64,000 nt of DNA. It comes from Octopus bimaculoides. Lineage: Eukaryota. The notes below the pieces were generated by a model. That model searched no databases. It had not been told where the DNA came from and was given only the letters and a program-made list of their open reading frames with translations. Positions 12,460-26,159 of this stretch are shown here, one piece after another (position 1 is the first letter of the stretch; each line of letters starts with the position of its first letter). A program made the translations under genes and the position numbers. The stretch is from NCBI RefSeq assembly GCF_001194135.2, contig NC_069005.1, positions 22,388,656-22,452,655 of the forward strand. The letters run 5' to 3'.

Positions 12460-15400
12460 GTATGTATACACACACACACACATACATATGTATAGGATGG
12501 GCTTCTTTCAGATTCCGTCTACCACTCACAAGGCTTTAATCAGCCTGAGGCTATAGCAGAAGACACTTGCCCAAGGTGTCACGCTGTGGGGCTGAATCTG
12601 GAACCATGTGGTCGGGAAGCCACACAGCCACACCAGTTAAAAACAAAACAAAACAATAGAATAAATAAGAACAAAAAAAAAATGAGAATTTCTTTTTTTA
12701 AAACAACAGGGGAGCTTACCAAAAGAATCATAGGGGTCAATACTAGAGATTGGGATATTCCAACAGCGGATAGTGTTATCCACACCACCACTGTAACATT
12801 GTTCTCCAGTAGGGCTAACAGCAAGGCATAACACAGGACCTTCATGGGCTCGAAATGTATACACTGGTTCAACATCCACTGAAGCGGTCCTGTTGATAGA
12901 GGCAAGAAAAGAAAATCAATAATTATATACAATAATATATTAATAAATACATACATTAATATATGATTTCAAATTTTGGCACAAGGCCAGCAATTTCAGA
13001 GGAGGAGGTAAGTCAACCCCAGTGTTCAACGAGTACTCATTTTATTGACCCCAAAAAGATGAAATGCAAAGTCAACCTTGGTGGAATTTGAACTCAGAAC
13101 ATAAAGCCAGACATAATGCCACTAAGCATTTTGCCCACTGTGCTAATGATTCTACTAGCTTGTAGACTTAATATACATTAATGTATAACTTTGTTAATTT
13201 GCCACAACTACAAACTTGTTGTTGGCACTCCATCGCTTATGACGTCAAGGGTTCCAGTTGATCCGACCAACGGAACAGCCTGCTCGTGAAATTAACATGC
13301 AAGTGGTTGAGCACTCCACAGACACATGTACCCTTAACGTAGTTCTTGGGGATATTCAGCGTGACACAGTGTGACAAGGCTGGCCCTTTGAAATACAGGC
13401 ACAATGGAAACAGGAAGTAAGAGTGAGAGAAAGTTGTGGTGGAAGAGTACAGCAGGGTTCGCCACCATCCCCTGCCGGAGCCTCATGGAGCTTTTTAGGT
13501 GTTTTCGCTCAATAAACACTCACAACGCCCGGTCTGGGAATCAAAACCGCGAGTCCGCTGCCTTAACCACTGGGCCATCGCGCCTCTACGACTACAAACT
13601 TACACATCAGTGAACAAATGTATTTTATTTAATAAAATAGAAACACAGCAAGTGTGCAATGGCTTTTTAGCAGGTGACTGTGAAAAAAATTACTTCATGT
13701 GGGAAGGACTGAATATTGGATAAGAAATAAATTAGAATTTCTAAAACATTAGTTTTTTAGTTTGTCGACAATGAGAAGAAATATCTAAAGCTTTAGGCAG
13801 AGGCACTCTTGTTCTTCTACAATGAATTTTTACTTAGAATGTTACATATTTACTTTACTGACAGCCAAACACCCTTATAAAGATGCTTAAATATACAGAC
13901 ACACTCACAAACAAACAAACATACATACATAGAAAAGCACTCATGTACACACACTCACACACAAATGCACTAAAAATATACCAGGCATGGCTGTGTGGTA
14001 AGAAGCTTGCTTCTCAACCACATAGTTCTGGGTTCAGTCCAACTGCTTGGTACCTTGGGCAAGTGTCTTCTACTATAGCCTTGCCTCACCAAAGCCTTGT
14101 GAGTGGATTTGGTAGATGGAAACTGAAAGAAGCCTGTTGTATGTATATGTGTGTGTGAGTGAGTATTTGTGTGTGTCTGAGTTTGTCCCACCACCATCAC
14201 TTGACAACTGATGTTGGGGTGTTTATGTCCTTGTAACTTAGCAATTTGGCAAAAGTGACCAATAGAAGAAGTACTAGGCTTACAAAGAATAAGTCCTGGG
14301 GTAAATTTCTTTGACTAAAAACCTTTTAAGGCAGTGCTCCAGCATGGCCACAGTCAAGTAACTGAAACAAGTAAAAGAATAAACTCTCACTCAAACATGC
14401 ACGCACACACAAATGCACTCAACATACACATAACCATCATCATCATCATTTAATGTCCAGTTAAGGTGTCAAGCTGGCAGTATCTTTAGCACGCTGGGTC
14501 AAATGCTTAGCAGTATTTCACCCATCACTACATTTTGAGTTCAAATTCCACTGAGGTCAACTCTGCTTTCATCCTTTTGGGACCAATGAAATAAGCACCA
14601 GTTGAACACTGGGGTTGATGTAATCGACTCATCCCCTCCCTGCAAAACTGCTGCCCTTGTGGCAAAATTTGGGTTGTATGGTTTGACTGAAACCATCAAG
14701 CCTGAGAACTGCACCAAGCTCCAATGTCTGTACTCCAGTACTCTTTTTTTCTCAAGCCTGGTACTTATTCTATCAGCCACGTTTGCTGAAATGCTAAGTT
14801 ACAGGGATGTAAACACACCAACCCCAGTTGTCAAGCAGTGGTGGTAGACAAACACAGTCAAAAAGACACACACACACACACACACACATACATACATCAT
14901 CATCATCGTTTAACGTCCGCTTTCCATGCTAGCATGGGTTGGACCATATATATATATATGTGTATATACACACACACACACATACATATATATGTTAACG
15001 ATGGGCTTCTTTCAGATTCCATCTATCGCTCACAACACAGCTGAGTGTTCTTCCACAACATTACAAAGTATACTCAGTGTTCTTTTGATGGCAGCAGCAC
15101 TGGTGAGGTGACATACATATAAATGCATTACAAGACACACACCCACACTGACACACACAAACATACTTACTTTTTGGCTGGAACTGTTTTCTGAAGATTC
15201 CATAATTTCAAAGTGTGATCCTCTGATGCTGTTATTAATACAGGGTCTATGGGATGGAATGCTAATGACCTAACTCCATCAAAATGGCTGGAAAAGAAAA
15301 AAAACGAGGAACATTATTATTGTTAGCAAGGAGGATGAAAGAATGAAGAAGATGAAGTGGAGAGAGATAGGAAGAAAAGGAGACAAAAAGAAGAGAATGA

Positions 15401-17988
15401 AGAAAAAGGAAAGAAAATATAGAGGAAGAAAGAGAGTGATCAATAAATAAATAAATAAACAATTAACTAATGTAAAAGACTTCTTACCTTCGCAATGTAT
15501 ATTTGGCATTCCAGGTTTTTCGAAAAACCTCTTTCGGAGCTGATATCTAGATAAATATATAAATAAATAAATAATGATCCTTTCTACTGGAGGCACAAGG
15601 CCTCCAAATTTATAGGGAGGAGACTACTCAATTACATTAATCCCAGTGTTTCACTGGTACTTAATCTATCAACCCCGAAAGGATGAAAGACGAAGTTAAC
15701 CTCGGCAGAATCTGAACCCAGAACATAGCATTTTGTCCAGCATGCTAACGATTCTAATGATAGTAATTTCAAATTTTGGCACAAGGCCAGTAATTTTCAG
15801 GGAGGGCTAAGTTGATTACATTGACCCCAGTACTCAACTTGTGCTTATTTTATCAACTTTGAAAGGATGAAAGGCAAAGTCAACCTTGGCAGAGTATAAA
15901 TTCATTAGTAACAACAACAACAGCAACAACAATCCTTTCTACTGGAGGCACAAGGGCTCAAATTTGTGGGGTGGGGACTAGTCGATTATATCCCCCGCAC
16001 CCCGTTTCACTCATACTTAATTTATCAAACCTGAAAGGATGAAAAGCAAAATCAACTCCAATGGCATTTCAATCCACAACATAAAGTCGGAAACAAATAC
16101 CACAAAGCATTTTGCCCAGCATGCTAAGAATTCTGTCACCTCACCTCCTAATAATAATAATAATCCTTTCTGCTAAAGGCACAAGGCCTGGAATTTTGTG
16201 GGAGGAGGACTCATCAATTACAACAACTCCAGTGTTCAACTGGTACTTATTTTATCAACCCCCAAAAAATGTAAGACAAAGTCAATCTTGGTCACATTTC
16301 AGAACGTGAAGATGGATGAAATGCTGCTAAGCATTTTGCCCGGTGTACTAATGATTCTGCCAGCAGGGAAACAAAGAAGATAATAAGCTAAAGGGATTAT
16401 ATATATTATGTAGAATATATCAAAAATTATGCCCTCACTCACACACCCAATCAAAAAGATAAATAATAAATAAACTGGGCATTAAGGAAACAAGTGATAT
16501 TTGTGGCCACTGATCAGTAAAAACACACCAGTGAGTAAAATTGGCAAAATAATTAGGAACACGTAAAGTTTATGTTCAATACAGAGAGAAACACTATATT
16601 TTACTCAATCTTTAGTATCCAAGTGCTATTTTCTTCACCTTCTTTTGCAGCGATGTTCTTACACATTTGTGTATATATATGTGTGTGTGTGTGTACTCAC
16701 ACATATACAGGGTGTCCACAAAGTCTGGATACACGGGGATTAACACATACTTTAAGAAATTATCATTTCATATATTTAATTGTTTATGTTATGATTTTAT
16801 TTACTCCATGTAGCCAGACTTTGTGGACACCCTATATATNNNNNNNNNNAACTTTCTGTCCGGCATTCACCATGATAGATCGCTGACCACTACCTTTATA
16901 TTTTTTTTTTCCTTGTTTTTCTCCTTATTTCTTTCTGTTGAAGAGCGTAGCTCGAAACATTAGACTTTCTCTATTCCCGAGCATTAAACTAATACATCCT
17001 TTTGTTGTTTACACCACCTGTCCTCGTCTGTTGTTTTTTTCGTAAATTCTCCCATATATATATATATATACATACAGTAGGCTTCTTTCAGTTTCCGTCT
17101 ACCAAATCCACTCACAAGGCATTCATTAGCTCAAGGCTAAAGTAGATGACACTTGCCCAAGGTGCCAAGCAGTAAGTTCTGAGCTCAGAATCGTGTGGTT
17201 GGAAAGCAAGCTTCTTACTACACAGTTATGCCTGCACCATTATAATTAATTTCACGTACACAATGACATACTACACAACTTTCCTATCAATACATCTTTT
17301 AAAACATCTACTCACAGCACAAACAGTAAGGACCAGTGACCAAACTCCATACTCACATCATAAGCTTGTGGGTCTGCTTCGTTGGCTACCGTTAGTCCTG
17401 CTAACTCTCCAAGGCCTAGTGCTGCCTCAAGGGCTTCATTCTCTGCTCCTGGAACTCCAATCATGGGTCTTTTGGAAGGTGCTGGAAAAGATATGGAGCC
17501 ACTTCCTTGAACACCTGTCAAACAGACAAGGGAAACGACAAACTGAAGCAAGAACTGGCACAAAGGCACAGTGAAGCAACAGCTAACAATATCTCAATGT
17601 CTGCACCTGTATTGATAATTGGGTTAATTAATAACAATAATTAAAAAATCAAACTGCATTGACCTCGCTGGTGTTGGTAGCCCTACAAAAGCCCTGAGCA
17701 GAGCCTCTATCTCCAACAAAAAAAAAAACAAAAAACACACAAAACAAAAAAATCCCTAATAAAATAAAATGATGATAATTTTTAAACTTAAGTATGCCCC
17801 ACTCAGATACTGGGAGAGGGGGGTCAGTCAATTAAAATGACCTCAGTGCTTGACTGGTACCTAATTTTATCAACCCCGAAAGGATGAAAGGCAAAGTCGG
17901 CCTCAGCAGGATTTTAACATAAAGAGCCAGGATAAACATCACAAAGCATTTTGTCCGACACTCTACTGAATCTGCCATTCCATTAAAT

Positions 17989-18040
<52 letters not shown>

Positions 18041-21000
18041 AACACTTGGCAAGAAATGGAAACAAAAATGAGGGAAGAATAAAAAATAATAATAATAATA
18101 GTAATGATAATAATGAGTTAGTGACATGAGGTGGATAAGAAACAGAATCTTTTGTTAAAAATTATTTTCTTTTTGTTTGATAGTTTGGAATCTTTCCTAA
18201 AATTCCTGTGAACAAAAACAAAACAAAACAAAAACAGAATACTTTTGTTGTTGTTGTTGTTGAAGCTAAGACCAGTTGCAACAACACTACATGGGTCTCT
18301 GATCAGAATAAGCTCTCGGGTGAAACAGAGGTTCAACAGCTCCATACCACCGTGTGGCGTGGGCATATTTGTGTAAGATAAACAGACTATTGTATATACA
18401 TACAAATGCACATAACACTATTTGTGAAAGAGAGAGAGAGATGGTAAAAATGATATATGGTCAAAGATGTCCACCTAGCAATGCATACGTGTGTGTGTGT
18501 GTGTATATAAATATACATCTGTATATAAGTGTGAGTGTGTGTGTCTGTTTGATGATCTGGGGGTCAATATATACAACTGTTTAAATCATTGAAGGTCATA
18601 GTTCAGTGACTTAGGGGTTACTACAAGATTAAAATCCTTGGAGGTAAAGTTCAACAATTTGTGGGGGAGGGATCAATATATGACTGCCTAAAATTCTTGA
18701 AGTCCACAATTTAACAGTTTAGAGATCAATAAACAACTGACTAAAATTCTTGAAGGTCAGAGTTCAACAATATTCGAACTAATAAACAAATAGAAGTTTA
18801 TAAGTTGTGAAGAAAAGCAAGTTCTGACAGCATCAAGCAGGGCTTTTTTATTCTGAGTCGGAGTAAAGTTTGAACTTAGTAACCATCTAGCCAAGTAGTA
18901 GGTCCACTAGCCTTGATTTTAACACACATGCCTTACCTCAGTATCAATGAAATTATTGACCTGTCAACAATTATTGACCTGTCAACAAAATAGAAAGGAA
19001 GAGGAGGAGAGAAAGAAGGTGAGTAGATGAGGTGGGGATCAAAAAGTTTTGCATAACTTATTTGTTGACCTCTCCCTTTTTATTTAAGGAAGGAGAATTG
19101 GGAGAGCAGGATGATGGCAGGTGGTGATAGTCATGGAGGGGGATATGATTTAATGGAGTAGTGTGGGGGGTGGAGTCATCAAGAAGGGGAGAGTATGATG
19201 TAATGGTAATGGTAATTAAGCTAACAAGCAACACATGCAGTAGCAACAACCACAAAGACAACAGTAGTAATAGTAGCAGCAGCAATAGTAACAACAACAA
19301 ACATCTATATTTAAGAGAAAATAGTAAAATAATGAGAATATGTGTGTATGCATGTATGTACACACACACACACACACCAGAGGTGTTTCAAAATGATGTA
19401 TACCCAGTTTATCTATAGACAAAATAGTGATAGTTAAGTTAATTCTAATATAATTTTAATGAAAGCAATATCACGAATATTGCTAGAAATAAATATGCAG
19501 TGAAGGAAAACAAAAAAAGAATATTGAAAAAAGATTAAATTACTGTTTTAATTATTTTACTTAATATGGAAGACAACTCCAGACAGGTTTCAATGTTACC
19601 ATGACCTCATCAGTGAAGTACACATTTCACCACACTTATCAAAGGAGTGGTGAAGGAATCATTGAGTAAATGCACAATGAAGTACATCGGTTGGCATGGA
19701 GAATTAGAAGTATTTAAAGAAGAGATGGCATATGATGAATAAACAAGTTAAGTTAGTGTTATTATTTTAATAATCCCTACAATAAATATTCTAGTGGAGA
19801 TAATTATGATGAGGTGGGGGAGGGGAAAATCAATGCTAGTCAACAGCTAATACTGATATTGTTTCATTTATTTATTTCAGCAAGTAAGGGAGACAATGCC
19901 AGATATATTTCAGTCTTTATGATTTTCATCAGTGATTCATAAGACATCAGCAGGTAAACCAACAAGATAATAACACTGCTTGATGTAGGAAAAATTAATT
20001 TGTCTAGAGGAAGTAAACTGGTCTTAAGAAATTAGCCTACAGTCTAGCGAACATTATTCAAAGTTAAATTCATTCCAGCAGATGGAAACAAAAATACAAG
20101 TTATAGCTGCTGTTAAGCCCCAAGTCAAGCAGACCTATGATCAAAGGCATTCCATTCATGACCATCCAATTTTAATTTTTTCAAAGTATAGTGCACCACT
20201 GATTGCATTATCTACTGGTCTTCCATAAATAACCTTGCCCGGACTTGTGCCTTGAAGGTTAACTTTCTAGGTGTAATCCCATGGTCATTCATGACCAAAG
20301 GAGGTCTTTTAGGTATAACAGGGAGAAAGTGTAAACAGCTATCACATACAGGAGTTACAGCTAGCTATAAAGAAGTACTATGGATGGCAGGTACGGCTAA
20401 CTATATAGGTACCACAAATAGGAGATATAGCTGCCAATAAGTACCATAGATGAGAAGTACAGCTAACAATAAATAAGTACCACAAATGGGAGATATAACT
20501 AAGCAAGCACCACAGATGGGGCATACTACTGTAAAAAGGTACTATGGATAGGAGGTATAGCTAATTGTAAATAATTAGGATAGATGGGAGGTACATCTCA
20601 CTAACACAAACAACTAAACGCACTGTATAGTTAACAAGTATTCCCTTAGTTTATATAGTACTGAGTTCAAAATCCTTCATCTGTGATATCTTTGGTGAGA
20701 GATTGGGTCCACAATAAATGTGGGAAATTCTCACATGTAATACCATGTGAACACCGGAATTTATGGTGTTCAAAACCCTTCATTTGTGATATCTTTGGTG
20801 AGAGATTGGGTCCACAATGAATGTGGGAAATTCTCACATGTAATACCATGTGAACACTGGAATTTATGGTGTTCAAAACCCTTCATTTGTGATATCTTTG
20901 GTGAGAGATTGGGTCCACAATGAATGTGGGAAATTCTCACATGTAATACCATGTGAACACTGGAATTTATGGTGTTCACTAATAATAGTTTAAGTGCATA

Positions 21001-24000
21001 AGAGGATGTGAGGATAGCAGAGCTGACCTGTCACCCCAAAGATAAGCTGATAGTGTGACAAATGTTTTCCTCATAAATTACAGTGTGACACAATTTCTTT
21101 TGTCTTTGGTCAATGTTATTTCATATTTGCTTCTATCTAGAAATCAAAGGAAATGACTACTATTCCCTTCACACTTTGCTTTTCTGTCCTGGACATCAAT
21201 GTTTCGAAACTTACTTATTTTCCATTACATTTCAGACAGATTCAGTGGTGAGTTGCAGAAGCAGAAATATCATTATAGCAAATATTCTACTCAATACCAC
21301 AAATTTGCTTGTCAGTTGCTTGACCATAATCACTTGAGTATGTCCATTAGTGGCTGACAATATGTACATCTCTGATCATGAGCAGGAGTAGTGGGGGAGC
21401 ATTGTAGTCATGTGCTGAGAGGGGATTCTTTGGTGTTTGAATAAATGTAACAAAAGCAAAGTTTGAAGGAAATATTAGCCATTTTTTAGTACTTTCCAAT
21501 TGAAAGCAAATAGGAAATACCAGTTGCTACCCAAGGACAAAAACTGAGTTAGTGTTATGGTTATGGGGAGGCTTAAGCACCATTACTCATATGCCTTCAC
21601 TGTTAGGTAACCATACCTATATGTCTTTTGAATCAAGGACAACAAACTATGGCCCCTACAAGCACAAGTAAAAATTTTTTAAAATTACACTCACATATTG
21701 AAGCAACAATAATACAACAGTAATAAGAAGCAAAAAAAATAAAATAAAGAAAAATAAAAGAAAAAACAAACAAACACCATCTCTCAGCATGATTGAAGCT
21801 AAATTCACTTAATATGAAAATTGTTGTCTGCAAAATTATTGATGCTTGCTTCTGTTATGACATGGGTGTACAGGTCAGGTGTAAGACTAGTATTACCCAA
21901 ATAAATATTTGGATATGGTTTTCTAGAATAACCTTTGATAAAATTAATGTTCACACAGAATGTACTCTGTACTACACCAAACGCAGTTATGATATTAAAC
22001 TAATACAGTTAACCAATATGGATGATCAACGCTGTCAACTGCTCAGCAGTTCACACAGTTTCTTTATTTTATTGAATGCGTTAGTCCACTTTCAGTCACG
22101 TGGGGGTGGTCAGATTCCTTCCACAACAGTTTCATGTGAAGAGAGGTGGAGAGCAAACAGCTGTTTGCTAACTAATTTCTAATTTACAGAATGATATAGA
22201 GAGTGCAATGAACAAAACTAAAATGCAGAAGAGAAAGGTCCTAATGTCAAACCACCACAGTCAGTGGTTCAATTCTCAACCAGACCTTTAACTATTATTT
22301 GTGAATAACAGAACAGTGAACTGAGAAAATCATTAGAGTATTGAAAAAAAAAATGCTTTGCAGTATTGTTTTAGCTCTTTACATTCTGAGTTCAAATCCT
22401 GCTAAAGTCAACTTTGCCTTTCATACTTCCTAGGTCAAGAAAATAAAGTACTGGTTAAGTGCTTCCTAAACACTCTCCTGCCAGATTTCTATCATTGTGC
22501 CCATATTAGAAACTACATTTGTGAATTATGTAACATCTTTTATATATATATATATATATATACTACTGCATTCATGTCAGATACTTTATTGAAAGTTGGT
22601 TAATCCCAGTGTCAGCTCTTTGATCAGAGACATTCCAGCTGTAATCACTAACTTTTATTCAGACACTGGTAGCAAGAACTACATCATTATACATCCCATT
22701 TTTTTTAAAGACATTTTCATAAAGAGATTTGTAATGAGATGTGGTTGCCATTTTCAGCATACTGAACAACCATGTGGAAGTTCCCATATTTCATTAAATG
22801 TCTGTGTCCAAGATAACTCTCAAATAATGTAATCCACTTAGTTGTAAATGGTTACCAAAAGATTGCCACAACACTTCACTGCAAGTTGCAGCAACAGTGG
22901 GTATAAAACTGGTGATTGTGGTCTTGATTTGCAATGCTGGACTGAAACTCCTCTCCAGTTATATATAAATATGTGTGCACATGCACTCTCACACACGCAC
23001 AGAGTTTGGAATGGGGAATGGACTGCCGAGTTTGTCTTAGATAAAGTATTCATAAGAAAAGATCTAAAATCTTGAATGCCAACAAACAAATGTGTGCATA
23101 TATAAGGTACATGAGAAAATTACAGAGAACCAAGGAAGGACTAAAAAAGGGCTGTATACAAAGCCCTTTCCTTCAGACCAAAGCCTTTACAGATATTAAA
23201 GGTTCAATAGTTCCTACTCTGTCACTGAGAGTTGTGTTTATAGTTAAAAACACTTCTCTCTTCAACTCAAATAGCCTCAGAATACCTTGCAGTAAAATGT
23301 AGGAAAACCTCACTCTTATCTTATATCATGCAGGATTCCTACACTAAACTCAGCATTTCATGTTGGATAAGGTAAGTAAAACTGAATCTATGAACTTTAG
23401 TGAATGTGTGTATAATAGCAAGTTGAAGTGTAAGTTAAATTAAGAGTAAGGGTTCATGAAAAAGTGAGTGAGAGAGCATTTGTGAGGGAATACAGATTGC
23501 ATGATTCTGAGTGAGGTGCGATTGTGATTGCATGAGTGTGTGTGGATGATTATGAGGCTCAGTAAATAAGATGACCATGAAGTTCATTCTACATTCGCAA
23601 GCTAAGTAATATTTAAATTAATACACAGACTCAACCAAAGCAACAACAACAATAATAATAATCAACATAAAAGAAAAATAAGAACTATAAAACTCCATGT
23701 ATAAATATGACCTTTTTTTTCATTAAAATTAAAATTAGGGGCTTGAATAATTATTTCTAATTTAGGCTGAAGGGCAGCAATTTAGGGATAGGTGGGTATT
23801 GATTACATTAACTCCAGTAACTTATTTCATCAATGTTGGAGGAACATAAGGCAAAATTGACCTCAGCACACACACATAAATGGGCTTCTTTTAGTTTTCA
23901 TCTACCAAATCCACTCACAAGGCTTTGGTCAGCTCAAGGCTTTAGTAGAAAACACTTGCCCAAAGTGCCACACAGTGGTATTGAAGTTGGAACCATGTGG

Positions 24001-25585
24001 TTGGGAAGCAAACATTTTACCACACAGCGATCCATGCTTTAGGTAAGAAAGTCCTTTTACACACACACACATGCACTAACTTTTACGAAGAAATACAACC
24101 TTAATAATGTAATAAAACTATTATTTTTAGAAGATTTAGTTTTTATTTATACAAGAATTATATCAAAACCCATACAAATGTGGGCGTGATTTTTTTTAAT
24201 ATCAACTGACAGCTGGTTCAAATTGCATATCTTTTTAGAATAACTCTTCTTCCACAGTAACCCTTCATCTTGTACCCCTTCACTGCAGGCAAATAATGGG
24301 TTCCAAGCAGAAGCAACATACCATCATTGACTCCTTTGCAAAGGAGACTGCAGGCTGTCTTACTTCCACAGAAGGTTACAGGTTGTTCACAGAGATGACA
24401 ACACCGACAAGAGTTTAAAAACAAGAAACCAGTATTGAAGATGAACAATGCAGTAAGTGACTATCAACTGTAACCTCTGACACCAATTGCTAGTGAGTGG
24501 ACAATTTGACTAACACAGAGAGACTAGTCATAATTCATACACTTGCTGCACAACTGGACTGTTGTCACAATGCATTACAAAAGATAATGGAAGACTTTGG
24601 GTACTGGAAAGTATGTGCAAACTGGGTACTTCAACAGTTGACACAGAATTATAAGAAGAGGAGGGTAAAAATCTGCTCCAATCTGCTAGAAGCATTTGAA
24701 GCCAAAGCAGTTTTCTTCTTCTTGATCTTGTAACAGGGGATGAAATATGATCATATCTATACGGTCAGGAAATGAAGGCCCAGTCCACTTCTTCTCCAAA
24801 GCCTGAGAAATGGAAAAATCAAAGTCACAGTGACTGTTTTCTGAGATGACAAGGGTATCATTCCTTTTGATTTTCTGGAATATGACCATACCAAGAACAG
24901 CAAGAGTACACTGAGCTACTCAAAAAGCTTAAAGAAGCTATTAGGATGAAGAAACCAAACAAGAATTCATTCACCATGACAATGGGAATGGAACAATTCT
25001 TTGGCAATAAATCAGGCAATCAACAAACTGAATTGGTCAGAAGTCCCCTATTCATTGTGCAGCCAAGACCTGGCACTCTCAGAGTTCCACCTGCTTGGTC
25101 AGTCTTCAGGGACAATGATTTGAAGACACAGATGAAGGGAAGTGGTTATGAAGAATTAGGTACAACAGTGCATAACTGAAGTTTTTCGAAGAGGATTCAT
25201 GGGTTTGGTCCAACAATGGTACAAATACACTGCTTCTAATGAAGACTACATTTGAGTCATACCTTTGTTTAGAGAAAAAGTTACTCAACCAACATGTGCA
25301 ACTTAAATAACCTCTGTCAGTTAATGAAAAGTTATGTCCATTTTTGCATGTCTTTTAGTATAATCCTCATATATCTGCAAATTTTATCTTTTATCTTTTA
25401 CATGCTTCAGTCATTAGACTGCAGTCATGCTGGGGCACCACCTTGAAGAATTTTTAATCAAATGAATCTACCCCAGTACTTCTTTTTTTTTTCAAGGCTG
25501 GTACTTATTCTATCAGTCTCTTTTGCTGAAACACTAAGTTATGGGGATGTAAACACACCAACACTGATTGTCAAGTGGTGGTGGG

Positions 25586-25617
<32 letters not shown>

Positions 25618-26114
25618 GGGTTTCATTCAGCTTCCGCCTACCAAGTCCACGCACAAGGCTTTGGTCAGCCTGAGGCTATAGTAAAAGACATTTGCCCAAG
25701 GTGCCACGCAATGGGACTCAACCTGGAACCAGGTGGTTGGGAAGCAAGCTTCTTACCACAAAACCATATGTGCACCTTCATATGAAATAAAAAATTAAAA
25801 ACTTATTCATTGGATTATATTAGTGTTGTGCAACATTGTGTGTGTATGTATATTCTTTTATTCTTTTACTTGTTTCAGCCATGCTGGAGCACAGCCTTTA
25901 GTCGAACAAATTGACCCCAGGATTTATTCTTTGTAAGTCTAGCACTTATTCTATCGGTCTCTTTTGCCAAACCACAAAGTTATATAAGTTTTCCCTATTT
26001 GTCTCTGATGACAGAATATCCTTTACTCGGGGATATCCCAGAAACAGGTGTAAGATTTTGACTTTCTTCCTATAACAATATTGCCCTGCCTTAATGTTTA
26101 CTGTCCTGTTTAAC

Positions 26115-26159
<45 letters not shown>

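Noticed and set aside
19058-19375. Pro/Ser/His-rich minus-strand ORF as an extra striatin exon
   Set aside because: The nearest acceptor is phase 2 and the only donor is weak and phase 0, which is incompatible with the phase-1 intron. The sequence is low complexity.
20665-20978. CRISPR-like array
   Set aside because: The units are contiguous and near-identical with no unique spacers, there are no cas genes, and the context is a eukaryotic intron.
21793-22182. 129-aa plus-strand ORF, and a possible terminal exon on the opposite strand
   Set aside because: No recognisable domain, a TTG start, and ambiguous tandem acceptors with weak support.
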